Below are positions 16,269-24,177 of a stretch of DNA of 26,211 nt, piece by piece. The first letter of the stretch is position 1. The number at the start of each line of letters is the position of its first letter. Where the stretch lies: the NCBI GenBank assembly GCA_910580105.1, contig CAJTWN010000019.1:1-26211 (forward strand), read 5' to 3'. Below the pieces are notes generated by a model. That model searched no databases. It was not told the DNA's origin and worked only from the letters and a program-made list of their open reading frames with translations. A program made the translations under genes and the position numbers. The DNA is from an uncultured Clostridia bacterium (GTDB taxonomy: Bacteria; Bacillota; Clostridia; Monoglobales; Monoglobaceae).

Positions 16269-16303
16269 GCATTATGCAATCCCTGTCACATCTGCGTTTC
16301 CGG
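15993..16303 (+). repeat. Perfect 311-bp direct repeat, copy 2 (identical to 15128-15438)
   Basis: See copy 1. The offset is exactly 865 bp. Confidence 0.95.
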
Positions 16304-16342
16304 CAATGACAGTAAAGCAAATTTTCATCTTTTTTCAAAAAG

Positions 16343-16377
16343 ACCGCAAAGCGTTTGGCTTTGCGGTTTCTTGTATT
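16343..16377. terminator. Bidirectional terminator between the immunity array (+) and yyaL (-)
   Basis: accgcaaagc-gtttg-gctttgcggt (10-bp stem). ttcttgtattt follows on the plus strand and tcttttt on the minus strand. Confidence 0.65.
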
Positions 16378-16467
16378 TAAATCCTGTACGGTTCATATCT
16401 CCTTTTTGCACTTCCATGTGGAAATGAAAAAGAAATTTCCGGATTTATTAGTTACGGCCATATTTTT

Positions 16468-18417
16468 CTAGTCTTCCGATAGGTTATCAAGGGAAGTTAC
16501 CGGCGGCAGGCACATTTGATCTTTACATATATAAAATGTGGTTCGGCCATTCAACAGGGGAAATTCCGCACTTTCTGTCACCACAGCCACATTTGCCAGC
16601 AGGGGCAGCTGCCTTTGCAAATCAGTCATTTTCAAATGATTATTTGTGACGACTGTCACGTGTACAGGGGGATTTTCGTACATCAGCACGGCGGTCAGGA
16701 ACATACAATATCCGGCCGGATATCCATGGGCGCCGGCCGCCATAAAATGGAACTGTTTCTGTACAAGCGCCTGATACGGAGATTTATCCGTCAATTGGTA
16801 TAACCGGACAAGATTATAGGCCATGACAGAGTTGCCGCTGGGAATGGCACCGTCATAGGTTTCCTTCGGATTGATAAAGAGTTCGTCATTGTCTGCCGCA
16901 CAAAGATAAAATCCCCCGTTTTCATGATCAATAAACCGCTGCACTGTTTCATGACAAAAACATTCTGCCCTTTCAAGAAAGCGTTTTTCAAAAGTTGCAT
17001 TATACATTTCGAGCAAAGCGGTGATATAGAAGGCATAGTCGTCCAAAAATCCATGTTTTGAATGCTTTTCATCCCGAAAACTTGTATAGACTTCCAAGCC
17101 TTTGCACAAATTATTTTCAATAAATTGTAATGCCTTTTCTGCTGCATCTAAATATTTTTCGCTGCAGGTTACACGATACAGAACCGCGAGCGCTGTAATC
17201 ATCATGGAATTCCAGGATAACAAAATTTTATCATCAAGATGAAGTTTAAAGCGGTCCTTCCGATAGGTGTATAGCTTTTTGATTTCATCTTCGAATTCAC
17301 TGGACAATTCATTGCTTTTCAGCAAATTGGGTATATTTACATCCGCAAAATTTCCCTTTTCGGTAATATCAAAAATTTCAGCAAAACGTTTCCCCTGGGA
17401 TTGTCCTAAAACTTTCATAACCTCTTTTTGCGAAAAGGTATAGTATTTCCCTTCAACCCCCTCGCTGTCCGCATCCTGGGCGCTGTAAAAGCCACCATCC
17501 GGCGCGGACATTTCTTTCAGGATATATTCCGCCGTTTTTTCAGCGGTATCAAGATAAACGGGCCGTTTTGTCAACCGGTATGCAGACGCATATGCAATGA
17601 TCAGCAGTGCATTGTCATACAGCATTTTTTCAAAGTGAGGGGCAAGATAATATTTATCCGTTGAATATCTTGAAAATCCATAGCCGATATGATCAAAAAT
17701 GCCGCCTTTCCGCATTTGCAGCAATGTTTTTTCAACCATTTTCAGTATATCCGGCTGATGATTCTGCTTTGCATAGAACATCAGAAATAATAAATTATGC
17801 GGCGTTGGAAACTTGGGGGCGGAACCAAATCCCCCATGCACATGATCAAAACTATGGGCAAATATTTCGACCGCTTTTTGGGTCAGGTGGATGCTGTCTG
17901 TATGATCCTGTACGGGTTCTGTATTTTGCAGATGGGCAATGACTTCTTCCGCAGATTCCAAAAGCTCTGCTCGGCCTGTTTTCCATTGCTTTGCAATTGT
18001 ATGCAGCAAATCCGGAAATCCCGGCATACCATATCGTGTACGGGGCGGAAAATAAGTGCCTGCAAAAAACGGTTTCTTGTCCCAGGACATGAAAATGCTC
18101 ATGGGCCAGCCGCCGCTTCCGGTGAACGCCTGGCATACCGACATATACACACTGTCAATATCGGGTCGCTCCTCACGGTCAACTTTGATGGAAATAAAAT
18201 ATTTATTCAGAATTTCCGCCGTTTTTTCGTCTTCAAAACTTTCATGCGCCATCACATGGCACCAATGACAGGTACTGTAACCGATACTCAGAAAAATCGG
18301 TTTGTCCTCCTGCCGTGCTTTTTCAAAAGCCTCGTCACCCCACGGATACCAGTATACAGGGTTCCCTGCATGTTGTAAAAGGTATGGGCTTGTTTCATTC
18401 TGCAGCCGGTTGATCAT
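16468..18417 (-). CDS. Thioredoxin-domain protein of the YyaL/DUF255 family with a six-hairpin (N-acylglucosamine-epimerase-like) C-terminal domain
   Basis: About 649 aa. [18 protein letters not shown] and [15 protein letters not shown] are the family signatures. The ORF opens with a GTG at 18420, but the GAGGAGG RBS spacing favours the ATG at 18417. Confidence 0.85.
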   Translation of the reverse strand: MINRLQNETSPYLLQHAGNPVYWYPWGDEAFEKARQEDKPIFLSIGYSTCHWCHVMAHESFEDEKTAEILNKYFISIKVDREERPDIDSVYMSVCQAFTGSGGWPMSIFMSWDKKPFFAGTYFPPRTRYGMPGFPDLLHTIAKQWKTGRAELLESAEEVIAHLQNTEPVQDHTDSIHLTQKAVEIFAHSFDHVHGGFGSAPKFPTPHNLLFLMFYAKQNHQPDILKMVEKTLLQMRKGGIFDHIGYGFSRYSTDKYYLAPHFEKMLYDNALLIIAYASAYRLTKRPVYLDTAEKTAEYILKEMSAPDGGFYSAQDADSEGVEGKYYTFSQKEVMKVLGQSQGKRFAEIFDITEKGNFADVNIPNLLKSNELSSEFEDEIKKLYTYRKDRFKLHLDDKILLSWNSMMITALAVLYRVTCSEKYLDAAEKALQFIENNLCKGLEVYTSFRDEKHSKHGFLDDYAFYITALLEMYNATFEKRFLERAECFCHETVQRFIDHENGGFYLCAADNDELFINPKETYDGAIPSGNSVMAYNLVRLYQLTDKSPYQALVQKQFHFMAAGAHGYPAGYCMFLTAVLMYENPPVHVTVVTNNHLKMTDLQRQLPLLANVAVVTESAEFPLLNGRTTFYICKDQMCLPPVTSLDNLSED

Positions 18418-18544
18418 CACTGCCTCCTCATAATACTTTTTTCTTTTTAGTATGTCCGAAAGAGACAGGAAAAACCCTGTAAATCCAATACAAAATGCAG
18501 ATACCGAAGCAGATGCCGGAAATGGAATTTTTTCTATCTTTTCA

Positions 18545-18573
18545 TAGACATTTCCAAGTTACTTTGTTATACT
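18545..18573 (+). promoter_or_regulatory. Candidate extended -10 promoter for the GH3 gene
   Basis: TAGACA (18545-18550), 17-nt spacer that ends in TGt, then TATACT (18568-18573). Confidence 0.4.
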
Positions 18574-18609
18574 AGCCATAAAATATTGTGGTAGATTGGA
18601 GATGTGGAA

Positions 18610-20763
18610 ATGAAAAACTATAAGGATAAGAATCTGTCCGTCCGTGTGCGGACAGAAGATTTATTGTCGCGGATGACCATAGAGGAAAAAATCGGCCAGT
18701 TGAATCAATTGTCTGCAAAGCTGTCCGATGCCGATGAAATGCGCAAAAATGCCGTACAGGGTCTGGTCAGTTCCAGAGTTATGGCCTCCACCGCCTTTGC
18801 AGGCAATGAGGAACAGGAAATCACCGGCTTTGATGAAATCAATCTTCTTCAAGAGCTTGCCCTGAACCAGAGCAGGCTGGGCATTCCTTTGATGGATGGC
18901 TGGGATATTGTCCATGGACAGCGCACCATCTTTCCTCTGCCCCTTGCCCAGGCGGCCGGATGGGCACCTGAATTGGTACAGCGTGCAGCAGAAATTGCCG
19001 CCCTTGAAACTGCCGAATGGGGTGTCCGCTGGACCTTTGCCCCCATGCTTGACATCGCACGGGATCCCCGCTGGGGACGCATTGTTGAAGGGTTTGGCGA
19101 AGATCCCTATTTATGCGCGCAAATGGCGGCGGCAAGCGTAAAGGGGTTCCAGGGTGAATCACTTTCAGACAAAAGGCGTATTGCCGCATGTGCCAAACAT
19201 TATATAGGCTATGGCATGTCCTGCGGCGGCCGGGATTACAGCGCCTGTGACTGCTCGGAGCATGAACTGCGCAATACTTATCTTCCGCCTTTTAAGGCCG
19301 CTGTGGAGGCCGGCGCTGCAACGGTGATGGCCTCTTTCAATGAAATAGGCGGCGAACCGGTCACAGGGAGTAAACACCTGCTTACGGATATATTAAAGGG
19401 GGAACTGGGCTTTCAGGGCTTTGTGGTCAGTGACTGGTATGCAATTCATCAGCTGATCAACCAGGGCGTTGCAGAAAACCGGAAGGAAGCAGCATATATT
19501 GCCTTTGACGCCGGTGTGGATATGGATATGCTGGATCTGTGTTATTCGGAACATCTGCCTGCGTTAATTGAAGAGGGACGGATAAGCAAAGAGCGGCTGG
19601 ATGATGCTGTGCGCAGGATATTGGAGGTGAAATTCCGCCTCGGTCTTTTTGACGATCCCTATGTTGATCCAAATGCAAGTCAACGCATCCGGGATGAACA
19701 TATGGAATTTGCAAAAGTCTTTGCCGAAAAGTGCATGGTTCTCTTGAAAAATGAGAACAATGTCCTGCCTCTTCCAAAATCCGGAAGAAAAATTGCTGTC
19801 ATCGGACCGCTGGCTGAAGCCAAAAGAGCCTTGATGGGCAGCTGGACTCAGAACAAAAGCGATGAGGGTATACAGACAATTGTCGAAGGCGTACAGGCCG
19901 CGGCGCCCGAGGCAGAAATAATAACTGCATCTTCCCTTTATGACGAGATGCTCATGGCGGCGCAAAGAGCAGAAATGGTTGTCCTGGTGCTGGGAGAAAG
20001 TGATCGGAGGAATGGTGAACACGCCTGCATTGCCGATATTGAACTGCCCGTTGGACAACTGGAGCTGCTGCGTGCAGTCCGGCGGCTGGGAAAACCGGTT
20101 GTTTCGGTCATCTGTTCCGGCAGGCCCCTTGTGCTGGAAGAAGTGGATCATCTTTCGGATGCGGTGCTGTATGCGTGGCATTCCGGTCATCAGACCGGGC
20201 CGGCGGCAGCGGAAATCCTGTTTGGAAACGTAAATCCCAGCGGGAAACTGCCGGTAACCTTCCCCCGGACAACCGGACAGATACCAATTTATTATAATCA
20301 CAAACCAAACGCACGGCAGATTGATGAATATTATTATCCGGAAAGCACCGATTACTTTGACACAACCGGCAAACCTATGTATCCTTTTGGGTATGGATTA
20401 AGTTATACCACCTTTGCCTACAGCGGGCTGACTATTGATAAAGAAAAAATAACAGCGGACGAGGTGCAGACCGTGCGTGTAACCGTAACCAATACAGGGA
20501 ATATGGAAGGCGATGAAATCGTTCAGTGCTATCTGCGTGATTGCTCTTCAGCCCTTACCAGACCGCTCAAAGAGTTAAAAGGGTTTCAGCGGATACACCT
20601 TGCCCCCGGTGCTTCGCAGGAGGTTGTATTTACGCTTGACAGAGAAAAACTTGGCTATTACGGAAAAGGCGGCAAATTCTGTGTTGAGCCGGGCAAATTT
20701 ATGGTCTATACCGGAGGAAATTGCCTAACCGAGATGTGTACACAATTTGAGATTGTAAAGTGA
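18610..20763 (+). CDS. bglX: Glycoside hydrolase family 3 beta-glucosidase/beta-hexosidase (BglX-like), cytoplasmic
   Basis: About 717 aa. It has a GH3 N-domain with KHYIGYG, the nucleophile motif GFQGFVVSDW, and C-terminal alpha/beta-sandwich plus Fn3-like regions. The ORF track opens at a GTG at 18604, but the GGAG RBS spacing favours the ATG at 18610. Confidence 0.9.
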   Translation: MKNYKDKNLSVRVRTEDLLSRMTIEEKIGQLNQLSAKLSDADEMRKNAVQGLVSSRVMASTAFAGNEEQEITGFDEINLLQELALNQSRLGIPLMDGWDIVHGQRTIFPLPLAQAAGWAPELVQRAAEIAALETAEWGVRWTFAPMLDIARDPRWGRIVEGFGEDPYLCAQMAAASVKGFQGESLSDKRRIAACAKHYIGYGMSCGGRDYSACDCSEHELRNTYLPPFKAAVEAGAATVMASFNEIGGEPVTGSKHLLTDILKGELGFQGFVVSDWYAIHQLINQGVAENRKEAAYIAFDAGVDMDMLDLCYSEHLPALIEEGRISKERLDDAVRRILEVKFRLGLFDDPYVDPNASQRIRDEHMEFAKVFAEKCMVLLKNENNVLPLPKSGRKIAVIGPLAEAKRALMGSWTQNKSDEGIQTIVEGVQAAAPEAEIITASSLYDEMLMAAQRAEMVVLVLGESDRRNGEHACIADIELPVGQLELLRAVRRLGKPVVSVICSGRPLVLEEVDHLSDAVLYAWHSGHQTGPAAAEILFGNVNPSGKLPVTFPRTTGQIPIYYNHKPNARQIDEYYYPESTDYFDTTGKPMYPFGYGLSYTTFAYSGLTIDKEKITADEVQTVRVTVTNTGNMEGDEIVQCYLRDCSSALTRPLKELKGFQRIHLAPGASQEVVFTLDREKLGYYGKGGKFCVEPGKFMVYTGGNCLTEMCTQFEIVK

Positions 20764-20819
20764 ACAGTGGAAAAATTTATTTTTGTAAAAACAATTTTAC
20801 AGTTTATTTGACATTTTTC

Positions 20820-20848
20820 TTGAAATAATTTCCTAAATGTGCTATACT
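20820..20848 (+). promoter_or_regulatory. Candidate extended -10 promoter for the secreted stalk-domain protein
   Basis: TTGAAA (20820-20825), 17-nt spacer that ends in TGc, then TATACT (20843-20848). The leader is ~140 nt and AT-rich. Confidence 0.45.
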
Positions 20849-20994
20849 ATAAAAAAATATATGTTTCATTATAAATTTTCAACTGTAAACTTTTGCATGA
20901 ATCAGAATTTTTTTATCTTATCCTCTTCTACAGTTGTTTTACGAAGGAAAAAATGAAAAATAATTTATAGAAATAGAATAGGGAGGATTTTAAA

Positions 20995-22134
20995 ATGGAA
21001 AAAGTGTTGAAAAACAAAGGCTGTGTTTCTTTGGTTATCTGTCTGCTTCTTTTGGTCTTTGCACAGTGGCAGCCAGTTGCGGCAGATGAGGAAATGCCGA
21101 TAACTGTAACCGTCGATGGAGTTCAAATTGCATTTGATGAACAGCCAATTTTTGAAAATGACCGGGTGCTGGTGCCTATGCGTTTTATTTTTGAAGCATT
21201 AGGGGCTGAAGTAACATGGGACGATGCACTGCAAAAAGCAACTGCGAAGAAGGGGACGGATACCATTGAAATAACAATTGACAATGATATTATGTTGAAA
21301 AACGGAGAAGAAGTTGTTTTGGATGTCCCCGCAAGAATGGTGGGAGACCGGACGTTGGTACCGGTAAGAGCAGTGTCAGAAGGAATGGGTGCAGATGTTG
21401 ATTGGATTGATGAAAAGCAGCAGGTGGTAATTGTATCCAACACCGCGGGGCAAACGGCCCCTGCGCCGCCACCAGCAGAACCAACGGCTACAAAAACTCC
21501 TGATGCAGAGAAACCAACAGAAGAACAAACGTATGAAGCAATTACGCTGTCTCCGGCTGACATGCAAACTTTAAAAAACAGCTATGACAATTTGATTCGG
21601 TATAACTTTGAACAAACGGCCCTGCCGCAAAGTGTATTAAAGGACAATACTGAAATTGTGAAAGAAATAACAGCCAAAAGTGAAAATGCGGTGACCTTTG
21701 TCAAGGATGTGTGGAACTGGGTCGTTATGCAAAGAATTATGCAAATTCAGCTTTTGTCTAAGGAAGTTTATAATTTTGGAAATGGCACAGAAGATATTTT
21801 GGATAAATATATGAACATCGTAGAAGATGCAGGTTTGGAAGCATCAAATTATTTTGATGTTTCTTTCGAGACCTTATCAGACAAAAGCACCATGATGCTA
21901 ATTTCGTTTAAAGAAACGGATACGCTGATGGCCTGTAAGTTTATCGGCGTTGTGGTAAGACCCAGTAAGTCGGTGCGTTATTTCACCGCGGAAACAGATC
22001 TTTTTGATAAAGACAATCTTTATTTTTGTGAAGTTACAATGAACGCAAGAGGAACCATTGGCTTAATAGGTTTTGAAAAGGACGAATTTATTACAGCCGC
22101 TGAAATCACATTGGAGAAGCATTTGGCCATATAA
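20995..22134 (+). CDS. Secreted protein with a copper-amine-oxidase N-terminal-like (stalk) domain and an uncharacterised C-terminal domain
   Basis: 379 aa. Signal peptide (VSLVICLLLLVFA), duplicated ...DRVLVPMRFIFEALGAEVTWDD... / ...DRTLVPVRAVSEGMGADVDWIDE... half-repeats typical of the Cu_amine_oxidN1 fold, a Pro/Ala/Thr linker, then ~190 aa with no motif I recognise. GGGAGG RBS. Confidence 0.75.
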   Translation: MEKVLKNKGCVSLVICLLLLVFAQWQPVAADEEMPITVTVDGVQIAFDEQPIFENDRVLVPMRFIFEALGAEVTWDDALQKATAKKGTDTIEITIDNDIMLKNGEEVVLDVPARMVGDRTLVPVRAVSEGMGADVDWIDEKQQVVIVSNTAGQTAPAPPPAEPTATKTPDAEKPTEEQTYEAITLSPADMQTLKNSYDNLIRYNFEQTALPQSVLKDNTEIVKEITAKSENAVTFVKDVWNWVVMQRIMQIQLLSKEVYNFGNGTEDILDKYMNIVEDAGLEASNYFDVSFETLSDKSTMMLISFKETDTLMACKFIGVVVRPSKSVRYFTAETDLFDKDNLYFCEVTMNARGTIGLIGFEKDEFITAAEITLEKHLAI

Positions 22135-22287
22135 CGAAACGGAAGATGTCTGCCGCCTCTATAGGCGTCGGGTTCCATTCCCATTTTTCGGCGGACAATC
22201 AATCTCCCGCCCAAACGTGATATGACGGGCTTTCAGCACCTATCGAATAAGTTACCTGCACAAAAATCTGATTATTTATAAACTGAA

Positions 22288-22316
22288 AGAACGGCAGATT
22301 TTCTGCCGTTCTTTTG
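22288..22316 (+). terminator. Rho-independent terminator
   Basis: agaacggcaga-ttt-tctgccgttct (11-bp stem) followed by a T run. It lies ~150 nt downstream of the preceding stop codon. Confidence 0.6.
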
Positions 22317-22445
22317 TATCATGGGTTTATAAACAAAAAAACGGTTTGATCTCCCTAAAAACGAAAAAAAAATATAAAGCATAGTTTTTCTGTTTTTTCA
22401 GTTCTGTAAAAAGCAGGGATGCTTTGTGTAAACTGCATGTATGTG

Positions 22446-22474
22446 TTGACTTTTTGGAAAAAAACGTTTAAAAT
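22446..22474 (+). promoter_or_regulatory. Candidate sigma-A promoter for gltX-metG
   Basis: TTGACT (22446-22451), 17-nt spacer, TAAAAT (22469-22474). Confidence 0.5.
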
Positions 22475-22518
22475 ATAAATTTAGGAAAAAACTATCAAAA
22501 AGACAGTGAGGTTTGGAA

Positions 22519-24162
22519 ATGGAGAATACAAAACTGGCGGAACTGCTCTTTCCGCATATTGATAAAGACCCCTCCTATTATGAAGCATTATATCCCCCGC
22601 GGGGGCTTAAAGAGGGGGCAAATGTCACCCGTATCGGACCGAGTCCAACCGGCTTTGTTCATCTTGGAAATTTATACAATGCAATTGTCGGTGAACGCCT
22701 TGCCCATCAGAGCGGCGGTACGTTTTATCTCAGGGTGGAAGATACCGATGCAAAACGCGAAGTAGAAGGAGCAGTGGAGTTGGTACTCTCTTCTATGCGC
22801 TATTTTGGAATTACCTTTGATGAAGGCGCCGTGATTGACGGTGATCATGGCAGTTATGGTCCCTATCGCCAGCGGCAGCGGAAGGAAATTTATCAGTGCT
22901 TTGCAAAACAGCTGGTACAGCGCGGGTTGGCTTATCCTTGTTTTTGCAGTGAAGAACAGCTTGCGGATATGCGTGAAAAGCAGATTTCAAAAAAATTGAA
23001 CTTTGGCTATTATGATGAATGGGCAGTCTGCCGGGATCTGCCCTATGAGGAAATTGAAAAAAGGGTGAAAAACGGAGAAGCCTATGTCCTCCGTTTCCGC
23101 TCGTCAGGAAATATAGAGAATACCGTTGAAGTTTTTGATGGTATCCGCGGCACATTAAAATTGCAGGAAAATTATCAGGATTTTGTTTTGCTGAAATCTG
23201 ATGGTATTCCAACCTACCATTTTGCACATGTTATAGACGACCATCTGATGCGAACCACCCATGTGGCCCGCGGTGAAGAATGGCTCTCTACCCTTCCCAT
23301 CCACGTACAGCTGTTTGATACCTTCGGCTGGGAACGTCCGGTTTATTGCCACACGCCCGTTTTGATGAAAATGGACGGTGAGACAAAGCGGAAACTTTCC
23401 AAACGGAAGGATCCCGAACTGGGTCTTGATTATTATCGAAAAGAGGGTTATGACCCAGCAGCAATTTGGGAATATCTGATGACGGTGCTGAATTCCAACT
23501 TCGAAGAATGGCGGACAGAACATCCGGATGTTCCCATTGGCGCGTTCCCCTTCCGCCTGGATAAGATGAGCAACAGCGGCGCCCTTTTTGATATGATGAA
23601 GTTTGAGGACATCAGCCGCGAAGTTCTGCTGCGGACACCGGCAAAGGAAATTTATCAGAAGATGGCCGCATGGCTGAAGGATTATGATCCGGAATTTTAT
23701 CCTGTCTTCACAAAAGATCCGGAATTTTCCACCCAGGCAATTGATGTGGGACGTTCCGGTGACCGGCCGAGAAAAGATTTGGTCAACTGGAAACAGGCAA
23801 AGGAATTTCTCTCTTTTTATTATGACGAAACCTTCCGCTATGAATCCCCTTTTCCTGAAAATGTTGATGCAACCGACCGGAAGGAGATTGCAAAGCGGTA
23901 CCTGGATACGCTGGACTTTGCGGACGATAAGGATACATGGTGGCAGAAGGTAAAAGATATTGCAGAAGATATGGGCTATGCCCTGCAACCCAAAAAATAC
24001 AAGAAGAATCCCGAACTTTATAAGGGAAGCATCACCGATGTAAGCAACGTTATCCGGATTGCACTGACCGGGCGTGCAAACTCACCGGATATTTATGAAA
24101 TCAGCCGGGTGCTTGGCGAAGAACGGGCAAGCGCCCGCGTACAGGCTCTTCTCACAGATTAA
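22519..24162 (+). CDS. gltX: Glutamate--tRNA ligase (long, ~547-aa form)
   Basis: Class I aaRS. SPTGFVHLGN (HIGH-type), YLRVEDTD, LLKSDGIPTYHFAHVIDDHLM and KLSKRK (KMSKS-type) align with bacterial GluRS along most of the protein. The ORF opens at a TTG at 22513, but the GAGG RBS favours the ATG at 22519. Confidence 0.85.
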   Translation: MENTKLAELLFPHIDKDPSYYEALYPPRGLKEGANVTRIGPSPTGFVHLGNLYNAIVGERLAHQSGGTFYLRVEDTDAKREVEGAVELVLSSMRYFGITFDEGAVIDGDHGSYGPYRQRQRKEIYQCFAKQLVQRGLAYPCFCSEEQLADMREKQISKKLNFGYYDEWAVCRDLPYEEIEKRVKNGEAYVLRFRSSGNIENTVEVFDGIRGTLKLQENYQDFVLLKSDGIPTYHFAHVIDDHLMRTTHVARGEEWLSTLPIHVQLFDTFGWERPVYCHTPVLMKMDGETKRKLSKRKDPELGLDYYRKEGYDPAAIWEYLMTVLNSNFEEWRTEHPDVPIGAFPFRLDKMSNSGALFDMMKFEDISREVLLRTPAKEIYQKMAAWLKDYDPEFYPVFTKDPEFSTQAIDVGRSGDRPRKDLVNWKQAKEFLSFYYDETFRYESPFPENVDATDRKEIAKRYLDTLDFADDKDTWWQKVKDIAEDMGYALQPKKYKKNPELYKGSITDVSNVIRIALTGRANSPDIYEISRVLGEERASARVQALLTD

Positions 24163-24177
24163 ATTGGAGGAAAAAAT

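Larger units (their letters stand above)
15005..16303 (+). repeat. Tandem array of three ~433-bp units (toxin 3' end + RBS + barstar gene + 35-nt flank)
   Basis: The DLNYT-homology points lie at 15005, 15438 and 15871. The barstar ATGs lie at 15128, 15561 and 15993 (periods 433 and 432). Confidence 0.9.

Noticed and set aside
15005-16303. The regularly spaced repeats might be a CRISPR array
   Set aside because: The repeat unit is ~433 bp and protein-coding (barstar plus toxin tail), not 25-40-bp repeats with unique spacers. No cas genes are present.
16270-16467. Direct repeat of the tRNA-Thr 3' end (att site) marking the right edge of an integrated island
   Set aside because: I could not find a copy of ggtcgtccgttcaaatcggatcggtagctcca or a substantial part of it. 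No integrase is present either. The islet is at best a remnant, not an intact integrative element.
16378-16467. Tiny ORFs with apparent RBS: a 23-codon ORF on the minus strand starting near 16404, and [15 protein letters not shown] on the plus strand at about 16424
   Set aside because: RBS-to-start spacing is only ~2 nt for the first, and the second has no real RBS. Neither has any recognisable similarity.
22317-22518. T-box leader upstream of gltX-metG
   Set aside because: There is no T-box sequence of the AAnnnGGGTGGTACCGCG type and no specifier-loop architecture. The best promoter also leaves only a ~40-nt leader.
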